This document shows positions 50,050 through 62,104 of a DNA stretch of 64,000 nucleotides, in pieces. The stretch comes from an uncultured Hormoscilla sp. Lineage in GTDB: Bacteria > Cyanobacteriota > Cyanobacteriia > Cyanobacteriales > Desertifilaceae. The first letter of the stretch is position 1; each line of letters starts with the position of its first letter. The position numbers were made by a program, and so were the translations under genes. Location of the stretch: NCBI GenBank assembly GCA_963921275.4, contig OZ001293.3, forward strand, positions 6,400,001 to 6,464,000, given 5' to 3'. The notes under the pieces are model-generated. The model was not told the origin of the DNA and ran no database searches. It was given only the letters and a program-made list of their open reading frames with translations.

Positions 50050-50338
50050 TACTTCCAAAGGTATCGATTTGCGCTTTTTACCAGATTGAATGTGTCCGGA
50101 GCGAAGGGGGCCATTTCCGAGATTACCTTGCACTCCACGCCGGACTCCCCCGTTAGCGCAGCGGCAGATTGCTTCGTGCCTCGCAACAAGCTCCGGAGGG
50201 CTAGCAATCAAAGGCGCGTTAGTTAAGTAGGAGATTGCTGAGGGGAGAGGATCTCATTGAGCACAAGAATCTCTCAATTATCCCTCCCCATGACAGATTG
50301 GCTAGTTGAATTTGCGCAGTTCATGACCTTTCGCAGTA
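50050..50338. mobile_element. MITE-like element between fbp and tal
   Basis: TA|TACTTCCAAAGGT..CGATTTGCGC ... GCGCAGTTCATGACCTTTCGCAGTA|TA imperfect TIRs. Confidence 0.5.
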
Positions 50339-50348
50339 TAACTAATTT

Positions 50349-51467
50349 CTAAATCCTCGCAGCTGCACCCTTCTGCACAAACGACTCCACTAGGGCCACA
50401 TCATCTTTACTGCCAATAATCAGCGGCGTTCTGGCATGCAGTTTATCTGGCACCACGTCCAGAATATTCTGAGTGCCTGTGCTAGCCCTTCCTCCCGATT
50501 GCTCGATTAAAAAGGCTAAGGGAGCTGATTCGTATAGCAATCGCAATTTGCCCTCTGGTTTCTTCACCGTCCCCGGATACAAAAATACCCCGCCCTGGAA
50601 TAATATCCGATGGAAATCTCCCACTAGCGCTCCTCCATAACGAGCAGTATATCCTTCATGGCGATGCACGTAGCGGATATATTCCCGCATCGATTCATCC
50701 CACTGCCAGAAGTTGCCCTCATTTACACTATATATCGGACCGTGGGTTGGAGTTTCGATATTTTCACGACTGAGGATAAACTCTCCCAAGCTCGGGTCTA
50801 GGGTGAAGGCATGCACCCCCGTGCCGATCGAGTAGACTAGCATTGTACTGGGACCGTACAGAATATAACCTGCCGCCATTTGTTTCCGTCCATTCGCTAG
50901 CAAGTCCGCTGCCGTTCCATCTATATCCATCCCTTCTTGCTGGCGGATCGCGAAGATCGAACCCACATTCAGATTGATGTCCAGGTTGGAAGAGCCATCG
51001 ATCGGGTCATATATCAGTGTATGCCGTCCGATCGGGCAATTTTCCGGGATATAATATGGTTTTTCCATTTCCTCGGAAGCCATGCGGCAGACCAACCCGC
51101 TCTGCTTGAACACTGATATAAACACGTCATTAGCATAGACATCCATCTTTTTGACGGATTCTCCCTGCACATTTACCGTCCCTGTAAATCCCAGGGCATT
51201 CTCTAATAAACCCGATCGCGACAGGCGGCGCGATATGATCTTCCCCGCCAGGGCGATCCTATTCATCAGCGCACTTATATCTTGCGCGTCTGCCGAGAAG
51301 CTATGCAGTTGCTGCAGTACGTGACGAGACAGGGTCATGCAATCCCTGTCTAGGGCCCTTTCTTCCGCTATCTCTACATGGGTATCTACCATGTTTTTTC
51401 TTCCTACTTGATTGGCACTTGGTCTGGCGATGGCCTCCTGGGGCTTTACCTCTCCAAAGGCCGTCAT
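50349..51467 (-). CDS. fbp: Fructose-1,6-bisphosphatase class I
   Basis: [24 protein letters not shown]. Confidence 0.95.
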   Translation of the reverse strand: MTAFGEVKPQEAIARPSANQVGRKNMVDTHVEIAEERALDRDCMTLSRHVLQQLHSFSADAQDISALMNRIALAGKIISRRLSRSGLLENALGFTGTVNVQGESVKKMDVYANDVFISVFKQSGLVCRMASEEMEKPYYIPENCPIGRHTLIYDPIDGSSNLDINLNVGSIFAIRQQEGMDIDGTAADLLANGRKQMAAGYILYGPSTMLVYSIGTGVHAFTLDPSLGEFILSRENIETPTHGPIYSVNEGNFWQWDESMREYIRYVHRHEGYTARYGGALVGDFHRILFQGGVFLYPGTVKKPEGKLRLLYESAPLAFLIEQSGGRASTGTQNILDVVPDKLHARTPLIIGSKDDVALVESFVQKGAAARI

Positions 51468-51870
51468 ACCTCCTGTTCTAAACCTTTCTCCCTATATTAG
51501 GAAACCAATGCCCGATGCTCTCTAACCTTAATATCAATTAAAGATTCAAGTAATCCCCACTGTTTTAGCCTGGGGATAGATGAACTCAGCCCGCCTTGTA
51601 TGTTGGAATAGAGAAGGACATCAGGGTAGAAAGCTATCGGCAATGGCGATCGCCCGCCATAGGTCAATTAAACCTGTCGCGCAGATCGAGACACCGACGG
51701 CGCTCGTGTTTTTACTAGACAACCGAATGGGATCTGGAGTCTCTGTAACACAGATGAACTCGTATTCACAAGGGTGGTTGCTAGGAAAATATTTCTCCCC
51801 TGTACCGGTAGTAACTGCTAACATCACCAGTGAACTCAGGAAACATCACCAGTCAAGGAAAGGAGGCCAT

Positions 51871-52180
51871 ATGAATCTACCAGCCCTCGGTATAGCAGAT
51901 TTCTGGCTCTTCGGTACGAGGCAAAACTCGTCTGTGTAAGACCGGTAATGCTCAACTTCGTAAGGCATTGTATATGCCAGCTATGTCAGCACGACGTTTT
52001 AACCCTGTGATCGAGGTATTTTGCGTTCGCGCAGCGTGGCGTCAGCAATTCGCCTGCTGGAAAGGAGTAAAGCGAAGCGAGCCATTATTTGTGCGGCCAT
52101 GCATAAGCTATTGTGTCTGGCCTATGGGGTCTTGAAGTCGGGAAAACCGTTTGACCTCAACTATGCAAAAAAAAATGCTC
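51871..52180 (+). mobile_element. Internally deleted IS110-family transposase remnant
   Basis: AGGAGG RBS, MNLPALGI..., immediately followed by GSSVRGKTRLCKTGNAQLRKALYMPA...AAMHKLL..AYGVLKSGKPFD. Confidence 0.7.
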
Positions 52181-52317
52181 GCCTCTTCATAGTCTTGTTT
52201 CGTTTCCACTCGCTGCCATTCGGGTTCAAAGCCGCAACGGCGCAGTTCATACACCGTCAGTTCGGCTTCCTCTGGCGAGTCTTCCAGGATTAAAACTCTA
52301 ATTGCGGGCTTTTTCAT
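52180..52317 (-). pseudogene. Response-regulator receiver N-terminal fragment
   Basis: IRVLILEDSPEEAEL..YELRR.G...EWQRVET, truncated at the IS110 remnant. Confidence 0.65.
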
Positions 52318-52363
52318 CGCTAATTGCTCATTTGACTGTCAACTTTCTCCCTTCACCATCAAT

Positions 52364-52415
52364 TGTCAGCTCTATCGGGGTAATATTGTATTTGAGTACC
52401 CCGATAGAGCTGACA
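52364..52415. terminator. 19-bp-stem hairpin after glk
   Basis: TGTCAGCTCTATCGGGGTA ... TACCCCGATAGAGCTGACA. Confidence 0.65.
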
Positions 52416-52425
52416 GTTTCACCAA

Positions 52426-53439
52426 TTATAACTGGGCGGCACAGATGGCGGCTCCGATCAGTCCTACCTGCTGATTCAATACTATATGCACTGGCACTTT
52501 TTCTAGTAAATTACTGACTCGACCTTTGTCGGTAAATGCCTGCATAAACCCTTCAGACTCTAACAGCTGGTGATTTTTGGCAGCAATGCCTCCCGCGATG
52601 TACAAACCGCCGTAGGGGAGAAGTTTGAGGGCGAGATTCCCTGCTTCTGCACCGTAGGCTTCGATAAACATTTTCATCGTTCGTTCGCTGAGCATATCCC
52701 GCTTTTCCGTCGCTGCTTTGGCAATATCTGCTGGATCTACCTTTTTTTCCTCACCTTCGGACTCCTCTTTCCGAACAGCATCCTGTATTTCTGGAGCTGA
52801 TGTAATCTCTTGGGGATGCTTTCGCAAAAACTGATTTATTGCCACAATCCCCGGACCGGAAATTACTCGTTCCACGGAAATCCTACCTACATCATATTTC
52901 TTCTCCAGGTATTTCAACAGTTGGAATTCTGATTCATTCCGGGGGGCAAAGTCTGCATGACCGCCTTCTGTGGCAAAAATCCGATGGTTGCTTCCCTGGT
53001 TAATTAAAAATGCTTCTCCCAAACCCGTACCCGCACCGATAACTGCGATCGGGGCTTCTGTGTCTCGTTCTCCTGCTTGCAGAGTGTCGATATCTGAAGA
53101 CTTTAAGCCTAACACTCCATAACCGATCGCGGCAAAATCGTTAATTAAACTCACCTGGCCAATTTCCATTTCTGTTTCCAGGCGTTTATTATCCAGTAGC
53201 CAAGGGAGGTTCGTCAGCTTCGCCCTGTTGTTGACTACTGGACCCGCGATCGCGAAACAAGCTTTTTCCGGCTTTGCTTCCCTCCCCGCCAGAAACTCCT
53301 GGACGATCGGCACCAAGTCCGGGTAATTTTGACTTGGATAAGTCTCTTCATGTAGCACTTCATCCCCATCTGCTGGTGCTTTCACCAGTCGCAAAATAGT
53401 TTTCGTACCGCCGATATCTCCTGCTAGTAATAATGTCAT
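52426..53439 (-). CDS. glk: Glucokinase
   Basis: AGDIGGT, INDF, GAGTGLG, EGGH, GGLYIAGGI. Confidence 0.95.
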   Translation of the reverse strand: MTLLLAGDIGGTKTILRLVKAPADGDEVLHEETYPSQNYPDLVPIVQEFLAGREAKPEKACFAIAGPVVNNRAKLTNLPWLLDNKRLETEMEIGQVSLINDFAAIGYGVLGLKSSDIDTLQAGERDTEAPIAVIGAGTGLGEAFLINQGSNHRIFATEGGHADFAPRNESEFQLLKYLEKKYDVGRISVERVISGPGIVAINQFLRKHPQEITSAPEIQDAVRKEESEGEEKKVDPADIAKAATEKRDMLSERTMKMFIEAYGAEAGNLALKLLPYGGLYIAGGIAAKNHQLLESEGFMQAFTDKGRVSNLLEKVPVHIVLNQQVGLIGAAICAAQL

Positions 53440-53533
53440 GTCCTTTGTTCCTTGTTAGTTGTCAATTCTCCTAGTTCCCTGGCGACCGCCAGGGAACGCA
53501 ATTCTATATTTTCTGTTTACCAACCTTTAACCT

Positions 53534-54178
53534 TTAGTTAAACCGGATTACCGATTCAGTTTGAGTCAAATGGGAAGTATCCCCATTCAATTCCATGAAC
53601 CATTTTGCCTCCTGACGTACCACTTTCACCAAGCAACATAGGGTCCCATTGATATCCGTGGTGGCCAGAGCAGACACTAATCCCATTGTCATCCCGATCA
53701 CAGAGGCCCCGTGTCCCACGAGCAGAATATCTCCAGTGGACTCAGCAGCCAAAATTCTGGCAATTTCTCCGGCCCTTGCCATACAATCACGTTCAGTTTC
53801 GGGATATTTTGGTTTTATCCTAGAATGATAGCCCATGTCAATCCTGGGGAATTGGGCGGCTAAAGCTTCGAGGGACTGGGTTTCTGGATCGGAGTCCATC
53901 CAATCAGGATTCAGCCATTCACACAACCCCCACTCCAGTTTTAGCGGTAATGAGAGTGTTTCTGCTACTATATGTGCGGTTTGTGTGGTGCGCAAGAACG
54001 GAGAGGCAAATATCCCAGAGATCCTCGAGTCTTTTAGACGCTGCGCTAGCTGCTGTGCTTGCACTAGACCATCGGCAGACAAGGGCGGATCGTAGGGACG
54101 TTCGGCCCCGTTGAACCATCCGGGGTTGACGAAGTCTTCTCGGTTGGCATGTCGGGCTATCCAGACTGTTTGAGACAT
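53534..54178 (-). CDS. Histidine phosphatase family protein
   Basis: RHA, SPFLRT.QTA, LVGHG. Confidence 0.9.
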   Translation of the reverse strand: MSQTVWIARHANREDFVNPGWFNGAERPYDPPLSADGLVQAQQLAQRLKDSRISGIFASPFLRTTQTAHIVAETLSLPLKLEWGLCEWLNPDWMDSDPETQSLEALAAQFPRIDMGYHSRIKPKYPETERDCMARAGEIARILAAESTGDILLVGHGASVIGMTMGLVSALATTDINGTLCCLVKVVRQEAKWFMELNGDTSHLTQTESVIRFN

Positions 54179-54334
54179 AGTTAGGACTATCAGCTTAGGG
54201 CGATCGGCTTCTATTCTAGCAATTTCCTAAAAAATTACCAACTTGAAATTAAAAATTAATAATTTAGTTGTCAGTAGTCAGTAGTCAGTGGTCTTAGAGA
54301 TAGGTTGTCAATTTACAACCTACAACTTACAACT

Positions 54335-54775
54335 TCAGATGGTCAAATATGTTTCTATCGGGCCATCGGGCAAAACCTGCAATCTTTGGTTTTTCAAGTC
54401 TACCTCAATTCCCAAGGCTTCCATGGGAATAACGCCCAACAGTGGATTACTTCCCTCTGGTAGTTCCAGACATTCAAAGGTTCCCTCTCGTCCTTGTAAG
54501 GATATTTTTACATCTTGAAAAATGCGTGCCTGACTAATGCCAGTAGCAGTTTGGACAACCACTTCTCTCAGTATTGTCACACCTAGTTGAGCAATAATAT
54601 TCGCTGGCAAGCACAAGGTTGTGGCTCCCATATCCACCAAGACGTTATTTACGGTAACAGACCGTACTTGGTCAGGTGCAATCAGGCCATTTTCAGCATT
54701 AGCCTGATCTATCCGATTTGTGACCGCTAGGGTCGTCGTAACTTTTCCCATTGATTGTTTGGTAGTTGTTTTCAT
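54335..54775 (-). CDS. Retropepsin-like (clan AA) aspartyl protease family protein
   Basis: LVDMGAT (DTG to DMG), LLGVIPMEALG. Confidence 0.7.
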   Translation of the reverse strand: MKTTTKQSMGKVTTTLAVTNRIDQANAENGLIAPDQVRSVTVNNVLVDMGATTLCLPANIIAQLGVTILREVVVQTATGISQARIFQDVKISLQGREGTFECLELPEGSNPLLGVIPMEALGIEVDLKNQRLQVLPDGPIETYLTI

Positions 54776-54849
54776 GATTTGATTATAGCTTGTTTCTCTG
54801 TAAAGGACAAGATCTTTGTGAGGCGATCGCCCTTGACCATCAGCCACAC

Positions 54850-55461
54850 TAATAACGTATAGTACCATCAGGCATAATTGCTCCGGACAGGTTAGCGCTT
54901 TCCAGGTTGGCACCCTCCAGGTTGCTACTCGCCAGGTTAGCATTCGACAGATCCCCATTCGCAGTAACTGACTGATGGGAAGATTATACCAGTAAATTCC
55001 CTTCCTTGTGCCCAGCAGGGCGATAAAACTGAGAGTAGTCAGTAGGACTGAAGCCAATTTTCTGGGTTGGGTTTCTGACTTTTCTGACATAGTGCGATCG
55101 CCTACAACATTAATTGGTTTGAGGGCTGACAGGGCAATATCAGCATTAGCATAGCGCTGTTTCACCTGGGGAGAGGTCATCTTAGACCAGTCAATGAAGC
55201 TGGGACTGAGTTGGCCTGCTAATTCCTTTAAGTTAGTAATGTCAACAGAATCGGTGCCCGTCAGTAAGCAAATTAATGTCGCCCCTAAACTATAGAGGTC
55301 TGAGGCTGCCGTGAGGACCCGCTCGAACATTTCTTCTGAGGGCATAAAGCCTGGTAAGTGATGCGCCCTCCCGACCAGTTGCGCCCCAGTTCTCTAATTA
55401 TCTCATAGCCGTGGCCGCAAAAGTCAGGATATTTGGATATTGTTGATTGGAGATTCGGCAT
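54850..55461 (-). pseudogene. Ser/Thr kinase + pentapeptide-repeat remnant
   Basis: YEIIRELGRN..GGRITYQA, ASDLYSLGATLICLLTG; large deletions and frameshifts. Confidence 0.6.
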
Positions 55462-55542
55462 TTTATATTCTGTTTTTAACTTGCGTTTGATACGATTCAA
55501 GACTGAGTATTTGTGACAGAAAGTTTCGCAAAGTTTATTCCC

Positions 55543-56121
55543 TCATGAGTTCAATCCTGGTACCTTTTCATAGATATCTGCCATCGGGCAGCAAAAGTCA
55601 ACACTTGCCAAGTGGACTTCTTCTCCGGGACCGTAGGGATAGAGAACCCAGCGTCCCTCTGCATTCAGGCGGAAACATTCTACCCTCATCCGTTTTTGAG
55701 ATATCAACACATACTCTTGCAGAGTTTCTATGAGTCTGTAGTTGGCAAATTTGTCACCCCTGTCGAAACCTTGAGTTGTGGGTGAGAGGACTTCCACAAT
55801 CAGGCGAGGGTAGCGAATGAACTGTTCGTCAGGATTTCTGTCGTCCCTGGCATCACAAGTCACCTTCACATCGGGATAATAAAATACATCAGCTGCTTCA
55901 ACTCTCACTTTCATGTCTGACGAGTAGACACTGCACCCAGTACCCCGGACATGGCTTCTCAACATTGCTAGCATATTGACTGCGATCTTATCATGGGCTT
56001 TGCTTGCCCCTGACATCGCATATACTTCCCCTTGTCTGTACTCGTGCTTAATGGGACTGATTTTCTCACCTTCTAAATATTCCTCTGGCGAGATGTAGGT
56101 ATCGCTTTTACTCGCAATCAT
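55543..56121 (-). CDS. Uma2-family endonuclease
   Basis: KHEYRQGEVYAMSG, YYPD, VEVLSPTT..FDRG.KF..Y, EYVLISQ. Confidence 0.9.
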   Translation of the reverse strand: MIASKSDTYISPEEYLEGEKISPIKHEYRQGEVYAMSGASKAHDKIAVNMLAMLRSHVRGTGCSVYSSDMKVRVEAADVFYYPDVKVTCDARDDRNPDEQFIRYPRLIVEVLSPTTQGFDRGDKFANYRLIETLQEYVLISQKRMRVECFRLNAEGRWVLYPYGPGEEVHLASVDFCCPMADIYEKVPGLNS

Positions 56122-56244
56122 CTGGTTGGCCTCCTCTTCTATTCTACCCGATCGCCTCATCCTTTGTCAATATCTCGTTCCCAGGCGGGCACCTGAGAAC
56201 CTCCTTCTCAACTCTCCATAAACCGGCGTTCTTTTTTCATTTTA

Positions 56245-56817
56245 TCATGAGTTTAACCCTGGTACATCTTCATATATATCTGCGAGCGGGCAGCGAAAGT
56301 CAACACTTGCCAAGTAGACTTCTTCCCCTGGACCGTAGGTATAGAGAACCCAGCGTCCCTCTGCATTCCGGCGGAAACATTCTACAGTCATCCGTTCTTG
56401 AGATATGAGTACGTATTCTTGGAGAGTTTCTATTAGTCGGTAGTTCGCAAATTTTTCATCCCTGTCGAAAGCTTGCGTTTTGGGAGAGAAGACTTCCACG
56501 ACTAAGCAGGGATAGCGCTTGAAGTATAGAGAATCTTTGTCCCGTGCATCACAAGTCACCTTCACATCTGGATAATAAAATACATCTGCTGCTTCAACTC
56601 TCACCTTCATGTCTGGCGTGTATACACTGCACCCAGTACCCCGGACATGGCTTCTCAACATTGCAAACAGATTTACTGCGATCCTATCATGGGCATCACT
56701 TGCCCCTGACATCGCATATACTTTCCCTTGCCTGTACTCGTGCTTGATCGGACTGATTTTCTCACCTTCTAAATAGTCCTCTGGCGAGATGTAGGTATCG
56801 CTTTTACTCGCAATCAT
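56245..56817 (-). CDS. Uma2-family endonuclease (tandem paralog)
   Basis: Same motifs, highly similar to the neighbour. Confidence 0.9.
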   Translation of the reverse strand: MIASKSDTYISPEDYLEGEKISPIKHEYRQGKVYAMSGASDAHDRIAVNLFAMLRSHVRGTGCSVYTPDMKVRVEAADVFYYPDVKVTCDARDKDSLYFKRYPCLVVEVFSPKTQAFDRDEKFANYRLIETLQEYVLISQERMTVECFRRNAEGRWVLYTYGPGEEVYLASVDFRCPLADIYEDVPGLNS

Positions 56818-56871
56818 CTGGTTTGGATCCTTGACTTTTTCTCTATTCTACCCGATCGCCTATTGCCATTT

Positions 56872-57144
56872 TCAATTTTCCATTCTCAATTTTACTCTTA
56901 ATCCGATCGCGACCATCAATAGCAGACTTAAAATCAGGCTTAATATCAATTGCCTTTTCATAGTAAGGGATCGCCTCTTCATGTCGTTGCGCTCTAGCAC
57001 GTAACCACAGCCATACCAAGACTCACAGTCATTTTGTTTCATTTCCAGAGCTTTCGAGTAAGCCAAAGCAGCTTTTTCATAGCAATGTAATTCTTCGAGA
57101 GTATTGCCCAGTTTATACCAAGACCGATGTACGATCGGCTTCAT
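56872..57144 (-). pseudogene. TPR fragment
   Basis: WYKLGNTLEELHCYEKAALAYSKAL. Confidence 0.5.
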
Positions 57145-57250
57145 TATTTTGGGGCGGGGAAGAAGTAACTTGGCGATCTAAGGCAGTAAGTACCTTGGAC
57201 TTTGAGACCCGATCGAGTTACAGGATATTCATCCAAACTACCAGCAAACC

Positions 57251-58564
<1,314 letters not shown>

Positions 58565-59079
58565 GGGCAGTACAAGTATAGCGCCCCGTTAAACATCTCA
58601 GCCAGACTTTCTCCCTAAATGGCCTTGGCCTCCAAGGTCGCAGCCTGCGAATACGCGCCCCTTAACAATAGAGATATTTTATCCAAGAATAACTTCGGAA
58701 CTCCCGGGATTGACTGAGTCAATCCCGGGAAAACTCATTCATTTCCAGGGGGAACTGTTTATTTCCAAGAATAACTGAATCATGCCACCGAGTCCGAGAG
58801 TCATTCAGTGGCGTCACAACCTTTTGCTTTGACCTAATCCAAGATTACCTCAGGGCAGTTGAGTAACTCCAAGGCCAGAGCAAGCACCTCCAATGCCGGA
58901 GTAAGATCAGGAGTGTAGTCTGGCGCCCATTGGCAAAAAGAGCCCCTCCAGCCCCCCCCCTTCGGCTAACGCTCAGGGACCACCCCCCGCTAGGGAGCGC
59001 TCGCCGGCCACTGACCAGGGGTGTAGTCATAAGTAGTTAATAGCCGGGTGCATCTCAGATACATATATAGCCCGCGCCG

Positions 59080-59200
59080 GTGGTCCCTGAGCGTGGTCCC
59101 TGAGTGTGATCCCTGAGTGTGATCCCTGAGCGTGGTCGAAGGGAAGTCGAAGGGAAGTCCAAGGGAAGTCGAAGGGAAGTCCAAGGGAAGTCGAAGGGAT
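59080..59200. repeat. 13-bp x4 then 11-bp x6 tandem repeats
   Basis: GTGRTCCCTGAGY x4; GTCSAAGGGAA x6. Confidence 0.85.
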
Positions 59201-59347
59201 CCGAAGGGTTCATGTAGCCGGACCCTAAAGGGTTCGGGCCGCTCAAAAAAAAATTCAGAGCCGCACCCATAATTAGCGGATATATGATATATACTAATAG
59301 TAGGCCCCTGCGAGGGGATAACCGCTAATAAAGCACATAGAGAAATT

Positions 59348-61948
59348 ATGGCTATATTCAATGTTAGTACAGAAGCAGAACTCTCCCAAGCCATTACCGA
59401 TTCCAGGAATAATGGTATGTCAGATACCATTAACATCATGGGAGATATTACCCTGACCGGGTTGCTACCTCATATTGAAGAAGACGTCGGTCTCACGATA
59501 GAAGGAGACAACAACGTCATTGATGGCAACAACCAACACCGGCTGTTCTTTGTCCTCGACGGTAAAGTCAATTTCAACGAGCTGATCTTTAGGAACGGCC
59601 GGGCCCAGGGAGGTAATGGCGTCAGCGGAGCAGCAGGCATGGGCGGTGCCCTGTTTATCTATGACGGGACCATCACTGCGACCAATAGCACTTTCGAGAA
59701 TAATAGCGCCATTGGTGGCGACGCCGATTGCATCATCAAGATTGATTCTGCACTATCTAGTGGCAGTCTAGTAGGTGGTAATGCTAACTTTATCACTCCT
59801 ATTCCTGCTAATGATGGCGACGACGGCAAGGACGGCAGCGAGGACGGCGAGGACGGCGATTTCGGCGGCAACGGCGGCGACGGCAGCAGCTTCGGCGACG
59901 GCGGCGACGGCGGCTTTGGCGGCAACGGCGGCAACGGCGGCTTTATAGACTTTTGCGGCGGCCGCCGCTGCGGCTTTGGCGGCGGCGGCAGCAGCGGCAA
60001 CGGCGGCTTCGGCGGCTTCGGCGGCGGGGGCGGCATCGGCAACGGCGGCGGCGGCGGCTGCTTTGGCGGCGGCGACGGCAGCGACAACTTTGGCGGCCGC
60101 GGCGCGGGCATGGGCTCCGCCATATTCATTCGCTCAGGCACACTTGAGATTTCCAACAGCAGTTTTAACAGCAATATCGCCTTTGGTGGCACTGGCTATA
60201 ACTCCGGCCAAGGTCTGGGGGGCGCCATATTCGCCCTGCACCGCCTCACCAATACCAACGGGAACAACCAAGGCATGCCCGACGCTCTGCCGACCGTACT
60301 CTTTAGAAATAACCTAGAGTTCTCGGGTAATATAGCCGGAAACGTAAATGGAAATACCATAGACCTTAATAATATGGATGGGGTCGAGCCGGGAATCGCT
60401 TCCCGACCCTCCCTTGAGGAACCGGACTTGCGATTTTCACCGCATCCGGCTACTGGGTACTAGGCCCTTTTCATAGGTAGACTTAATAGGAATTACTTCC
60501 GTTAGCCCTTGCCGCCTGTCTTTTCTTCCCTTTCCTGGTTTAGCGAGTGGTTGTTCTGATAACCGTTAGTATCACCATTTTCAAGTCAGTTTTACCAGTT
60601 ATCCATACCTTATCCTCCACTTGCGTTTCGGATTAGTTCCGTGGCTTTTTAGGATTACTCATTCCAGCAGCTTCCTAGTATCACCGACCCACGTCAGCGC
60701 TGGCTACCCAGCATCATCTACATTACTGTAGATGTTATCCCAGGAATTACCCCGGGCATTCGCTTCTTGGGCCATCCCTTGAGGAACCGGACTTGCGATT
60801 TTCACCGCATCCGGCTACTGGGTACTAGGCCCTTTTCATAGGTAGACTTAATAGGAATTACTTCCGTTAGCTCTTGCCGCCTGTCTTTTCTTCCCTTTCC
60901 TGGTTTAGCGAGTGGTTGTTCTGATAACCGTTAGTATCACCATTTTCAAGTCAGTTTTACCAGTTATCCATACCTTATCCTCCACTTGCGTTTCGGATTA
61001 GTTCCGTGGCTTTTTAGGATTACTCATTCCAGCAGCTTCCTAGTATCACCGACCCACGTCAGCGCTGGCTACCCAGCATCATCTACATTACTGTAGATGT
61101 TATCCCAGGAATTACCCCGGGCATTCGCTTCTTGGGCCATCCCTCCCCCCGTGGCTTGCGCTTAACATCTAACTTGTCCTGATGGACAGCACACGAGAGG
61201 TTACTTCGTTCCCTAACAACATTTCGCGATACCTTTAGGTCCACACTATACCCCGGGAGCTATTTGAGTACTATATTAGCCAGAGTCTAAAACTAATACT
61301 AGCTACCATTTCTTTTTTAGGCCAGCGCATATAGCCTTATTTCGCTGGTTCCTTATAACGAGGCTTGCACATGTTTGCCTGCTCTAACCTTGGATATCTT
61401 TCCTAGCGGCGTCACCGGCTTAGGCTGCCAGTTATCCTACATTTGAGTCCTCGCTTAGCACCACGATGATGTCGCTTCGTAGCACCGAGGACCGGTGTCA
61501 CCCCCGTACCTGGGGGGAGGGGAATTTAACCCCCATGCGGTCAGAGTTCCCGGCTAATGAAACCGGGCTAGCGTTCCGTGTTTGACCACGTTAGGCTAGA
61601 ACGAATCGCACAGACTCCATTGGGTTAACAGGAGAAGATGAGAGGAACCTACTTGTCGGCGGCAGTGGAAATGATACCCTGATCGGCGGAAGCCGAGGAG
61701 ACTACCTTATCGGAGGAGAGGACGCCGATATTTTTGTTCTGAGGCCAACCACGGGTGCGGATCTCATCGTAGACTTTGAAAATGGCACGGACTTGATACG
61801 GCTAGCAGAAAGTTTGAGTTTCAATGATTTGGAAATCGTCCCTCAGGGCCAAAACACAGTGATTAACTATGAAGAGAAAACCATGGCCACTTTGTGGGGG
61901 ATTAATTCAATCCTGATTAATAGCGATGATTTTGCCATGGTAAATTGA
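59348..61948 (+). pseudogene. Gly-rich secreted protein with RTX tail, interrupted by antisense intron B5 (join 59348-60375 + 61612-61948, 454 aa)
   Basis: Joined ...DLNN I DSIGLTG...GGSGNDTLIGG...GGEDADIFVL...DLIVDFENGTD...DDFAMVN*. Confidence 0.85.
60376..61611 (-). mobile_element. ORF-less intron B5 with a 365-bp internal tandem duplication (1236 nt)
   Basis: 60415-60779 is repeated at 60780-61144. Confidence 0.92.
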
Positions 61949-62104
61949 AGTTTACCACGATACCTCACGAGCCGCCCCCGTTGCGCTGCGCAGCGCATGC
62001 GGTGCCTTCCGGGTTTCGCCGTGCGTCCGGAAGGCATTGTAAGTTGCCAGGCAATACGCTACGCTATTCTATAATTTTCTTTGTTGATGTATAACAGCAG
62101 GATA

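Noticed and set aside
54335..55345. 336-aa kinase-protease fusion ORF
   Set aside because: A chance open frame linking a degraded kinase/pentapeptide remnant to a separate protease gene.
55543..56817. Uma2 tandem pair as DGR template/variable repeats
   Set aside because: Both are full ORFs with differences at all base types; ordinary paralogs.
59080..59200. CRISPR array
   Set aside because: Units are contiguous 11-13-mers without unique spacers.
59659..60317. Pro-rich, Arg-rich and Ala-rich ORFs
   Set aside because: Alternative-frame shadows of the GGC-rich Gly tract.
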